A stretch of DNA of 64,000 bases, from the NCBI GenBank assembly GCA_965208835.1, contig OZ242358.1, positions 704,001 to 768,000 on the forward strand. The letters run 5' to 3'. The notes beneath the pieces were generated by a model. It was not told where the DNA came from. It did no database searches and saw only the letters and a program-made list of their open reading frames with translations. Made by a program: the position numbers and the translations under genes. Origin of the DNA: Candidatus Latescibacterota bacterium. Its GTDB lineage: Bacteria; Latescibacterota; UBA2968; GCA-2709665. Positions 1 through 8,334 of the stretch are shown piece after piece. How positions within the stretch are numbered: the first letter of the stretch is position 1; each line of letters opens with the position of its first letter.

Positions 1-1
1 A

Positions 2-487
2 GCCTACAGCGTGTTCGGACAGTTCTTCACACCACCAAAACCGGACCGTCCTGAAGCGAACGGCCATCGCGTGATGTTCTCACCCGCGAAAGAGCGGAGC
101 AACGATGTGTTTCTGACGGTGATGACGATGTGTGACGAACAGGAGGAGCAGCTGCCGGTCGACTTCGTTGAACTCCCGGAAGCCTTCGTTGTCACGCTGG
201 CGGACCGGGTGGTGGTCTTGAGCCGGACAGGCAAGCTGCTGGAGCAGACGCTGCAGGTGGAGGTCGCGGACGGCGAAAGCCGACAACTGCTGTTGACCGG
301 CCTGGCGCCTGGCGACTGGAGTATCCGCGACAGGGACGGTATTGTCCGGTACAGCGCCCGGGTCGACGCGCACAGGAATACCGCTTTTTTCGTGGTTCCC
401 GGGGGGAAATATACCGTTCAACCCAGAGCCATCTCCGGCGCGGGGGAGTTCCAGGCCTCACAGGATTTCATGCCCGCCGTCAGATAG
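2..487 (+). CDS. C-terminal part of a heparinase II (PL21)/heparinase II-III-like protein; 5' end lies outside the window
   Basis: Frame is open from base 2. GHRVMFSPAKERSNDVFLTVM...VVTLADRVVVLSRTG...LLLTGLAPGDWSI...FFVVPGGKYTV resembles the C-terminal beta domains of Pedobacter heparinase II as I recall them (GWRVEISP...YLNVIQ...VQLADRIVTFSK...TDLLPGTWQV). Confidence 0.6.
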   Translation, partial: AYSVFGQFFTPPKPDRPEANGHRVMFSPAKERSNDVFLTVMTMCDEQEEQLPVDFVELPEAFVVTLADRVVVLSRTGKLLEQTLQVEVADGESRQLLLTGLAPGDWSIRDRDGIVRYSARVDAHRNTAFFVVPGGKYTVQPRAISGAGEFQASQDFMPAVR

Positions 488-521
488 TTGGCAGGATGAG
501 AACAAGCTTGATTGGATTGCT

Positions 522-1547
522 TTACGCTGGTTTGCGGGCGTGAACGAGGTACATCGGCGTGAAGATCCCGAGCCGGCCGGCTTCGACCATGGCTTCCGCG
601 CAGAGCTCCAGGGTGTCCGCTACGCGTACCGATCCCTGCGGCGCCATGCGGATCGCCTCGAGCGCCTTGAGGGAATTCGTAGTGACCCAGCGCCCGACCC
701 TCGATCTGCGGAAGCCGGTCAGAGAGAGACCGGAACCGATCAGAGGTTGATACCAGGGGATGGACGGACCATTCTGGATCGAAAGATCCCGGGCTTCCAA
801 TACCTCAAAGCCAACAGTTCGAAGCGCTTGATCGACCGCGTGGGTGTCGTCGATCACGAACAGACTGCCTCCCAGCTGAATGTCGGCCTTGATCCTGAGA
901 TGGTGGGGATCGTTGGCGTCGAAGCGATCGGTCATACAGTATTCGTACGCAGCGAAGCACGCGCCCGGCTTCAGCAGACGATGTACCTCGCTGTAGATGC
1001 TGACTTTGTCCGGCGCACAGCAAGATGCCTCGATGGAGTAGGCCGCATCGAACGACTCGTCCGGAGCGTCCACATGCAGGAAGTCGCAGTGCAGGAACTC
1101 GGTCAAATGCGCCAGGCCCGCTTCTTCGGAAAGTCTCCGGGCACGTTCGAGTTGGTAGGCATTGCTGTTTATGCCGACGACTCTGGCGCCGGAAAAGCGG
1201 GCGATTTCCAATAACGGCCCTCCGACGCCGCAACCCAGATCGGCAACGACCATCCCGGTTTCGAGTTCGAGTACCTGCGCCACGTAGCGTTCGTGGCGAG
1301 CAAGCGATTCCTTGAAGCTCTCTCCGAGGACGCGCGGGGCGAAGTGAAAGGACCTGCCCCATCCAAACTCAAAGAAGTCCGTTACCACGTCATAGTAGAG
1401 ATTGTTGACCTTCCACTCGGCAGGTTTCTCCTCCTCCGGTGGAACCTGGCCGGCCATTTTGAAGCTATGTTCGTATTCGCTTATGGTCGAAGCGATATCG
1501 GCATCGCTGTCTTTATGCCTGAGGCTTTTTGAGAGCTTGACTGACAT
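522..1547 (-). CDS. smt: Sterol 24-C-methyltransferase (ERG6/SMT family)
   Basis: All SMT regions are present: YYDVVTDFFEFGWGRSFHF (region I), LARHE, DLGCGVGGP (SAM motif), YSIEASCCAP (region III), LLKPG..FAAYEY (region IV), IPWYQPL and C-terminal GRLGIFTPMY..ARKP. RBS GGAGG lies upstream. Confidence 0.93.
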   Translation of the reverse strand: MSVKLSKSLRHKDSDADIASTISEYEHSFKMAGQVPPEEEKPAEWKVNNLYYDVVTDFFEFGWGRSFHFAPRVLGESFKESLARHERYVAQVLELETGMVVADLGCGVGGPLLEIARFSGARVVGINSNAYQLERARRLSEEAGLAHLTEFLHCDFLHVDAPDESFDAAYSIEASCCAPDKVSIYSEVHRLLKPGACFAAYEYCMTDRFDANDPHHLRIKADIQLGGSLFVIDDTHAVDQALRTVGFEVLEARDLSIQNGPSIPWYQPLIGSGLSLTGFRRSRVGRWVTTNSLKALEAIRMAPQGSVRVADTLELCAEAMVEAGRLGIFTPMYLVHARKPA

Positions 1548-1731
1548 CGAAACGTCCTCCGACAGGTTTGCTTTTCAGGTACCGCCCCATTTACAGCAAC
1601 CTGCGAGCCGGGTCGGCTTCCATTTCGAAATGTATGGGAAAAGCACGGCGCCCGCCATAGTACACATTAAATCGGCGCGCGTTGGAAACGGGAGGCGCCG
1701 ATCAGTCCAGCCGTTTGTATCTTTCACATCC

Positions 1732-2820
1732 TCAATCGTTCGTTTCTTCCTCTCCCGGCGGGGAATCGTGTAGCGGAAACCGTGTCTTGAACGCAGGTGT
1801 GGCGCGGAACGCCACGTCTCCCGAGTGCGGGTCAGCGGATAAGAAGCACGCGGCGATGCCGCGCTCCGCGGCCCATGAGATCCCCTCCTTTCTACCCATG
1901 ACGAACAGCGCCGTCGAGAGTACGTCCGCGACGAATGCGTTTTCGTGCCAGACGGCGACCGACCCGGTTCGGTCGACCGGCCGGCCGTTGCGCGGGTCGA
2001 CGATGTGGCCGATGCGGCGTCCGTCCGCCGTGTCCGGGTCCTGCTCGGATCCGCTGCTCGTGGCGATTGAGCCGGCGGCGAGAGTTAACTCGAGAACCGC
2101 CTTTTGGCGCTGCGCCGGATGTGCAAGGCCGACTGACCACGGGCCATCGGACGATTCACCGGACACGGCCACCTGCCCGCCGAAATCGATGAACCATGCG
2201 CCGCGCCGGTCGCGCTCGGCCTCTCGGACCCGATCCAGCGCCTCGCCCTTGCCGAATCCGCCCGCGTCCAGAATGACCGCTGCGCGCCGCGTGACGGCGC
2301 ACGACTCTGCATCGAGTACGAGCTTGTCGAAGCCGGAAGCGGCCAGCGCCGCCAGCGCCTCGCCGGCATCCGGTTCCCTGCCTTCTCCGCGCAGATCCCA
2401 CGCCTTGATGAGATTGCCTACGGCCGGATCGAACGCGCCGTCCGTGGCCGCATGCCACTGCGCAATGCGGGAGAAGAGTCCGCAGATGGCGGCCGGAACA
2501 GGCAGCGGTGTTCCCACTGGCTGTCCATTCACGGCGCTGAGGACGCTGTCGTCCCGCCAGGTGCTGAGTTCAGCTTCGGTGACCTCGATGACGCGGACCA
2601 TACGTTCCAGCTTCGCCAGACCGGTCTGACGATCCACGGTCTCAACCACGAAGGTGGCGTACGTGCCCATGAGGAACACGGCGCGCTCGATGCGGACTGG
2701 ATACGTCCCACCCGTGTCGCGCGCGGAAGCCGACCCCGTTGCGAAGGCCGCGGCTCCCAACCACAGGACCCACGGTACCGCGCGACGCACCGCGAGCCGG
2801 TTCAGGGTGAGCGTCCTCAT
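1732..2820 (-). CDS. apbE: FAD:protein FMN transferase (ApbE/Ftp)
   Basis: Signal peptide followed by MGT, ELSTWRDDS, TDGAFDPAVG, LDAGGFGKG, DFGGQ, IATSSG, GHIVDPRNG and ADVLSTALFVMG. Confidence 0.92.
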   Translation of the reverse strand: MRTLTLNRLAVRRAVPWVLWLGAAAFATGSASARDTGGTYPVRIERAVFLMGTYATFVVETVDRQTGLAKLERMVRVIEVTEAELSTWRDDSVLSAVNGQPVGTPLPVPAAICGLFSRIAQWHAATDGAFDPAVGNLIKAWDLRGEGREPDAGEALAALAASGFDKLVLDAESCAVTRRAAVILDAGGFGKGEALDRVREAERDRRGAWFIDFGGQVAVSGESSDGPWSVGLAHPAQRQKAVLELTLAAGSIATSSGSEQDPDTADGRRIGHIVDPRNGRPVDRTGSVAVWHENAFVADVLSTALFVMGRKEGISWAAERGIAACFLSADPHSGDVAFRATPAFKTRFPLHDSPPGEEETND

Positions 2821-3281
2821 GTTCTAGGCATTCGCGAGGCGGTGGCATTCGCCCTGCGGGGAGTGATCCGCCAGCCGTTGACGAGATGGACGCCGTAGCC
2901 GATAACGAAAACTGCGCTGGCCGCGACGTGGATCCAGATGAAGAGAGTGATGAGCGCCGGCGTGGTCGCGACCTGGATCAGATAGCCGCTGAGGGCCATC
3001 ACCGTGAAGCTCAGAAGCGAGGTCCATCCGGACCGTCGGTTTGCCGGCTTTCGTGAACGTAGCTTCCGGAACGAGTGCGAGCGGAACAACATGCCGAAGA
3101 AAGCGACGAACAGCGGCGCCGCGAGGATGTGAACCGACAGTGTCGAAGATTGCCACGGATGGTTGACGACGGCGAACGGGTCATCGGTCGTCATCGCGTA
3201 CTTCATGTAAAAGTAGACGATCCCGGTTCCCGTGACAATGACGTGGAAAGTATTGAAACCCCAGCGTTCCCACCAGGTCAT
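2817..3281 (-). CDS. Four-TM histidine-rich membrane protein (possible cytochrome b-like partner of the FMN-binding protein)
   Basis: Four hydrophobic segments with His residues in or near them (FHVIV, NHPWQ, VHILAAP, IHVAAS, GVHL). Overlaps both neighbours by 4 bp, indicating translational coupling. Confidence 0.7.
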   Translation of the reverse strand: MTWWERWGFNTFHVIVTGTGIVYFYMKYAMTTDDPFAVVNHPWQSSTLSVHILAAPLFVAFFGMLFRSHSFRKLRSRKPANRRSGWTSLLSFTVMALSGYLIQVATTPALITLFIWIHVAASAVFVIGYGVHLVNGWRITPRRANATASRMPRT

Positions 3282-3865
3282 TGCCCTTCCCTCCCAGGCT
3301 CGCGTCCCTCCAGCACCATGTCGAGGGCCAGCACGCGGCGCACGGCGGCGTTGACGGCGTGCGCGGTCAGCGTCGCCCCCGCGATGGGTCGGATCGCACG
3401 GTGGAGAGCGACGTCGTCAACGAGCGGTTTCCCGTAGTACTGCCCTTTCCATCGCTCGGAGGGGATGTACTCGGGGGGCTCGAGAAATGCGGTCACGTCG
3501 ATGCGCCGCACCCGCCCGTCCGATTCGAGCGAGATGAGCAGGCTCTCGCGCTTGGTCCGCACCACGTGCGTGTCGGCGTACGCCCTGCCGACGACGACGC
3601 CATCGCGCCGCGCCACGTAGCGGGCGTAGATGCGGGTCCGCACGTCCTCGCGCGCCAGCTCGGCTATCCGTTCCACCTGCTCGAACGTCAGGTAGACGCG
3701 ATCCCCGGTGATTGTCGCGCCTGCGAAGACCGCGTTCAGCGCTTCCTGGCGCGACACGACACCGGACTGTTCGGAAGCCGCGCCGCCTGCGAGCACGAGC
3801 CAGGTGACCAGAACGCTCGCAACGCGCCTGTGCGCCGCCCGCCCAGCGGTCGACTTCTGCACCAT
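3278..3865 (-). CDS. Periplasmic FMN-binding (FMN_bind) protein, likely ApbE substrate
   Basis: Signal peptide and flavinylation-type motif PIAGATLT..AV..AVRR, plus FLEPPEY. Start reassigned to the ATG at 3865, which follows a GGAGAAGG RBS. Confidence 0.85.
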   Translation of the reverse strand: MVQKSTAGRAAHRRVASVLVTWLVLAGGAASEQSGVVSRQEALNAVFAGATITGDRVYLTFEQVERIAELAREDVRTRIYARYVARRDGVVVGRAYADTHVVRTKRESLLISLESDGRVRRIDVTAFLEPPEYIPSERWKGQYYGKPLVDDVALHRAIRPIAGATLTAHAVNAAVRRVLALDMVLEGREPGREGQ

Positions 3866-4033
3866 GATCGGCCTTCTCCCAGTGTCATGTCCGGAAAATA
3901 AGTTGCCAAAATTCGCCCGTCGAGTCAACCGTCCAGCAAGGCGACTGAACGCAGACGACCTGCGCAGGGTCGGCCCAACGCCGTGAGACGGGATGAATCG
4001 GCGGGCGAATGGAGAGGAATCAACGGGACAGGA

Positions 4034-5410
4034 CTAGAACGCGTACCCGACGTTGACGTTGAACTGGTTGACGCCGCTGTCGGCGGGGTTGTTTACCCAC
4101 ATGTGGTCGACCTTGACGACGACGCCCGGTGTTGGCTTCAGATCGAGTCCGAACGTCGTGTACGTATTGTCCTTGGAGGCGCTCCGTGTGAATCCGGTCG
4201 CGACGGCCGCGTGTGTGTCGACCTTCTCGTAGCGGATGTAGGGAGTGAGTGCCACGTCGCCGGTCCCCGACGCCTGCGACAGCAGGTCATAGCCGATCTG
4301 CACGTAGCCGCCCTGCAGCTTCTTGCCTACGCCGCTTGATCCGGTAAGTTCGAGTACATGGTTCAGCTGGGGTGTGTCCTCTATCTGCGCCTGTGCGAAG
4401 AGACCCCGGAGGTCGAAGCCGCGCATCTGGACCTGCGCGTGGACGTCGAAGATGTTCGTACGGACGCCATAATTCCTGCCGTCGACCACGATGTCTCCCT
4501 GTCCGGAATTTCCGGTGTAGAAGCTGGCACCGAGGAACACGCCTGGAGTCGGCGTGAAATCGAGGCGACCCGTCAATGCGAAATCGTTCGCCTTGGCCTT
4601 CCCACCTTTCTGCCGGCCGCCTCGAACGCCGCTCGACGAGAAGGCGGAACCGTTGAAGCCATTGACGACGTAGGCGCGGAAGGCGAACTTGTCGTACGCG
4701 CCGTAGACGCCGCCACCGTTTTCCCGCCAGGTCGACGGGATGATCTTGTTCTCGGTCACCGGTCGTTCGGCTCCGAGGAAGACAGTCGGCTCGTGGAACT
4801 CGTTGACCAGTCCCATCGGGACCAGCAGCATGCCGGCCCGAACGCCGACATTCTCGTTTGCGAGGAAGTCGACGTACGCGAACTCGACGAAAATCTCCTT
4901 GGCGTGCTCGACCTCGATCTCCGAATTGAACAGGAACCGGTCGTTGAACCGGTAGCCGGCGTACAGGATCGCCCGCAGGTAGTCGAACTGGTCGGTCTTG
5001 TCCGAGGCGTAGTTCTCATAGAGCGCTTCGCCGTACCCGGCGATCGATACGCCCGATTTGATCTTGTAGGTCGCGGCCGCCGACGGCGCCAGCCCAAGCG
5101 CGCGGACCTGGTCGAGCGTCATCTCGTACTCGGGCTCGCCGCTGCGCAGCCGCTCGAGCTCCTCGGCGAGCAACTCGATCCGACGCTCGAGTTCCTTGAT
5201 GTCGACCTCATCCACCCTGGTATCCTGCTCCTCCGCCTCGTCCCTGGCCATCTCGCCCTCTGTGCTCGTTACATCACTGTCCGTTCCGGAGGCTGCGCCG
5301 TCCTGTGCTGCTGCGGTTTCGAGAGTGAACACGAGGAAGCCGGGAAACAGCATCAGCAGGATGAACTTCCATGACGCGGCGGTGCCTGATCTAATTCGAT
5401 CTCTTTTCAT
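4034..5410 (-). CDS. Outer-membrane beta-barrel porin (OprO/P-like) with N-terminal acidic/coiled-coil region
   Basis: Signal peptide, coiled coil IKELERRIELLAEELERLR, then IAGYGE, FNSEIEVEH, VEFAYVD, G.VNEFHEP, IIPSTWRENG and C-terminal VGYAF. Confidence 0.85.
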   Translation of the reverse strand: MKRDRIRSGTAASWKFILLMLFPGFLVFTLETAAAQDGAASGTDSDVTSTEGEMARDEAEEQDTRVDEVDIKELERRIELLAEELERLRSGEPEYEMTLDQVRALGLAPSAAATYKIKSGVSIAGYGEALYENYASDKTDQFDYLRAILYAGYRFNDRFLFNSEIEVEHAKEIFVEFAYVDFLANENVGVRAGMLLVPMGLVNEFHEPTVFLGAERPVTENKIIPSTWRENGGGVYGAYDKFAFRAYVVNGFNGSAFSSSGVRGGRQKGGKAKANDFALTGRLDFTPTPGVFLGASFYTGNSGQGDIVVDGRNYGVRTNIFDVHAQVQMRGFDLRGLFAQAQIEDTPQLNHVLELTGSSGVGKKLQGGYVQIGYDLLSQASGTGDVALTPYIRYEKVDTHAAVATGFTRSASKDNTYTTFGLDLKPTPGVVVKVDHMWVNNPADSGVNQFNVNVGYAF

Positions 5411-5573
5411 GCTTCTTTACTCCCTTCGTTTGATACCTGTGAATCGTTGTGCCGCACCCGATTGGGCAATACGCTGTTTACTTCAAGCCGCCCTGAGATT
5501 CGACGTCAAAGGGTGCGAATGTGGGCATCGGGAAGCTTTCCGGCTCAGAAAAAGCGCTCCTGCCCAACGTCCG

Positions 5574-6182
5574 TTATTTCGAATAGAGCTCGACGATTAG
5601 CTGTTCTTCAACCGTCGTTGGTATTTCATCTCGCATTGGATATTCCAAAAGCGTCCCACTCAAGTTTACTTTATCCACCGAAAGCCACGATTGGCCTGCA
5701 TCACCGGCGCGGCTGAGTGCATCGTGAACGAGTTGCATCTGACGGCTTCCGGCGCGGATCTGCACGGTATCGCCAGGCGCAACCTGGAATGACGGAATAT
5801 TCACGATTCGCCCGTTGACAACGATGTGGCGATGATTCACGAGTTGCCGTGCCGATCGTCGTGTTGGCGCAAAGCCCAGACGGAATATCAGGTTGTCCAG
5901 ACGACATTCGAGCGTCTGCAACAGCAACGCTCCGGTCACGCCCTTTCTGCCGGCGGCTTTTTGATAGTACCCTCGAAACTGTTTCTCCAGTACGCCGTAG
6001 ATACGCTTTGTCTTTTGTTTTTCGCGCAGCTGGAGTGCGTATTCCGATGGTTTACGACCCATTCTCTGTCCGTGCATGCCAGGCGGATAGTCTCGCTTCT
6101 CGAATGCGCAGTTTTTCTTGTCGCACAGTTTGATTCCTTCCCGGCGGCACAGCTTGCAGATCGGGCCGGTGTACCTCGCCAT
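5574..6182 (-). CDS. rpsD: 30S ribosomal protein S4
   Basis: MARYTGPICKLCRREG, PPGMHG, SEYALQLREKQK, LECRLDN.IFRLGFA.TR..ARQLVNH, EQLIVELYSK. ATG at 6182 follows a GGGAG RBS. Confidence 0.98.
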   Translation of the reverse strand: MARYTGPICKLCRREGIKLCDKKNCAFEKRDYPPGMHGQRMGRKPSEYALQLREKQKTKRIYGVLEKQFRGYYQKAAGRKGVTGALLLQTLECRLDNLIFRLGFAPTRRSARQLVNHRHIVVNGRIVNIPSFQVAPGDTVQIRAGSRQMQLVHDALSRAGDAGQSWLSVDKVNLSGTLLEYPMRDEIPTTVEEQLIVELYSK

Positions 6183-6320
6183 TCGATGTCTCCCTGTTTT
6201 TTGTATTGGCCGTGAAGTCATTCAAGGGGGGCGGCACGACCACCGTCGAAGCAATCCCGCTCCGCGTACCTGATCTGTTAATCGGAATCGGATGATTACT
6301 CTGTTTGAAACAAATAGGTT

Positions 6321-6390
6321 ATATTATAAACGTTAATTTGTATAGTCAATAATTTGTTTTAGATATAAAACAACCGAATCGACTTGTCAA
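6321..6390 (-). promoter_or_regulatory. Candidate sigma70 promoter(s) for rpsD in an AT-rich island
   Basis: On the minus strand, TTGACA (6390-6385) and TTGACT (6349-6344) each precede an AT-rich -10-like hexamer (TATATC; TAATAT/TATAAT at 6328-6321). Confidence 0.5.
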
Positions 6391-6831
6391 GGTTTTTTTA
6401 AAAAATCCCCGTTCAACACGCTAATCTTGGTCTTAAGTCAGCTAGAATCACTGTTCGTCGAGTACTGTTCCTTCGGCCTCAGACCCTGTTCGATCTGTTT
6501 TCGGCGGCCAGTTACCAACGCCGTGCCGACCCGGCCCGTGAGGAGAATCGACACCTCCTGGTGGGGTGGGAACATAGGATCCAGGCAATAGACGTTGCGT
6601 TGAATCTGTGCTATACTGTCACGGTGGGTGGAACTGTGATCAGGATACCGATTGACATCATAAGGGATTTTAATCATGGTTGGATCAGGGTAGAAAATAG
6701 CAGGTCGGTCGCGCAAGTTTTCAATCTGTATGGGCATCAGAACACTGGCGGCACAAACAACGCAACGAGCCGCCTGAATGCATCGTCAGGTCAAAATTTC
6801 GGGATAAATGCATGATGACAGGAGCGTATGA

Positions 6832-7611
6832 ATGAAATCGACTCTACGGCAGGAATATGATGAAAAGGGTTTCTGCATCGCGCACGGGGCTGTCGACGCA
6901 GGTCTTGCGGCCGAGACGGTTGAGCATGTGCAGTGGCTCGTCAAGAGGCATCCCGACACGCGGCCCGAGAAATTGCACCACAGCCTCCTTGTGGACGATC
7001 CCTTTATGCACCGCGTGGTCTGCGACGACCGGCTGCTGGATATCGCGGCACAGTTCATCGGACCCAACCTGGCGATGTTCGGCGCGCACTATATCGCCAA
7101 GAAGCCCGAGACCGGACAGGCCGTACGTTGGCACCAGGACGGATCCTACTGGCCGCTGGAGCCAATGGAGGTGACGACGCTGTGGGTCGCCGGCACGGAC
7201 TCCACCGTGGAAAACGGGTGCATGCGGGTACTGCCGGGGTCACACACCCGGCGTTTGCTCAAACGCTCGGAGATGGTCGAGCTGGATACCGATAAGTACG
7301 TACTCGGCATCGGGATGCGCCCCGATCAGATCGATGAAGCCGACGCCGTGGACGTGGAACTCAAGGCGGGAGATATTTCCATCCACCACCCCAATATCAT
7401 CCACGGCTCCAACTACAATACGTCGGACCACTGGCGCGTGGGACTCACCCTTCGCTACATTCCCACCAGCACCCGCGTGACACGGAAAACACAGCGGTCC
7501 ATCCTGTGCTGCGGGGAGGTGGTCCCCGAGGTCGGAAACCACTATGTGCCGCGGCCGAAATACGTCGTAGGAAAACACATGCAATTCGCCGGATGCGAGG
7601 CCTGGGCGTAG
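6832..7611 (+). CDS. Phytanoyl-CoA dioxygenase (PhyH) family Fe(II)/2OG oxygenase
   Basis: YDEKGF, WHQDGSYWP (HxD), ENGCMRVLPGSH, HHPNIIHGS, RVGLTLRY. RBS AGGAG. Confidence 0.9.
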   Translation: MKSTLRQEYDEKGFCIAHGAVDAGLAAETVEHVQWLVKRHPDTRPEKLHHSLLVDDPFMHRVVCDDRLLDIAAQFIGPNLAMFGAHYIAKKPETGQAVRWHQDGSYWPLEPMEVTTLWVAGTDSTVENGCMRVLPGSHTRRLLKRSEMVELDTDKYVLGIGMRPDQIDEADAVDVELKAGDISIHHPNIIHGSNYNTSDHWRVGLTLRYIPTSTRVTRKTQRSILCCGEVVPEVGNHYVPRPKYVVGKHMQFAGCEAWA

Positions 7612-7730
7612 TCCGCCGTTCCCGGGATCGACGACATCGTTGCCCTTGATGGGTAGGCGGGGGTAGCCAGACGCTGGAATTCGTTAACCATCTGTTTGAC
7701 GAGTCGTAGCCAAGAAGAGGAGGAAACGTC

Positions 7731-7961
7731 ATGGCTGGTCAAGGTTCGGGCGGCAACGTCCTTGCAGCTTTGTGCAGTCTGGTAATTCCAGGCCTGGGTC
7801 AGTTGCTTCAGGGACGATTCCTGATAGCGCTCATCCAGTTTTGCCTGGCCGCCGTACTGTGGGTCTTCCTGTTAGGGTGGTTGATTCACCTTTGGTCGAT
7901 TCTGGACGCGGCCCGGTGGAAGCCGTCAGAAAGTCCACCTCCTGCGAGCGGCACGGGTTGA
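7731..7961 (+). CDS. Small membrane protein (IPGLGQ motif)
   Basis: Strong RBS GAGGAGG. Sequence NVLAALCSLVIPGLGQLLQGR followed by hydrophobic helices and HLWSILDAA. Confidence 0.75.
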   Translation: MAGQGSGGNVLAALCSLVIPGLGQLLQGRFLIALIQFCLAAVLWVFLLGWLIHLWSILDAARWKPSESPPPASGTG

Positions 7962-8198
7962 ATGCCCGCGGTTCGCCGGGCGGCCTGTGATCGTGGCGCT
8001 GGTCGATGTGGTCGCCAACAGCAACCAAAGATTGTAGCGTTCGCGAAAAAGGCCAGGGACGATGCGGGCGGGGGGCCCGTGGGTGGGGGGTACTGCGGGG
8101 TGCCCCTTGTTTCGTTTAGGAGTGTTGACGTCGTCGTACGACCTGGAAGAACTGGCGTTGGATGCCCTGTATCAGAGAATTGAGAGGTCACCTTCTAC

Positions 8199-8220
8199 TC
8201 GAGGGCAGGGATGCCCTCGA
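8199..8220. repeat. REP-like palindrome / hairpin
   Basis: Perfect 9-bp stem TCGAGGGCA-GGGA-TGCCCTCGA in an intergenic region. Confidence 0.55.
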
Positions 8221-8334
8221 ACCGCACAGTCGTAGATCACGTCGTGATGGAGGGCGGGATGGGGGCGGTCGGGGTACGCGAAGGGCCGTCTCTTATTAAT
8301 ATTCGGTTTTCGAATCAAACAGAAGGGGTGAACC

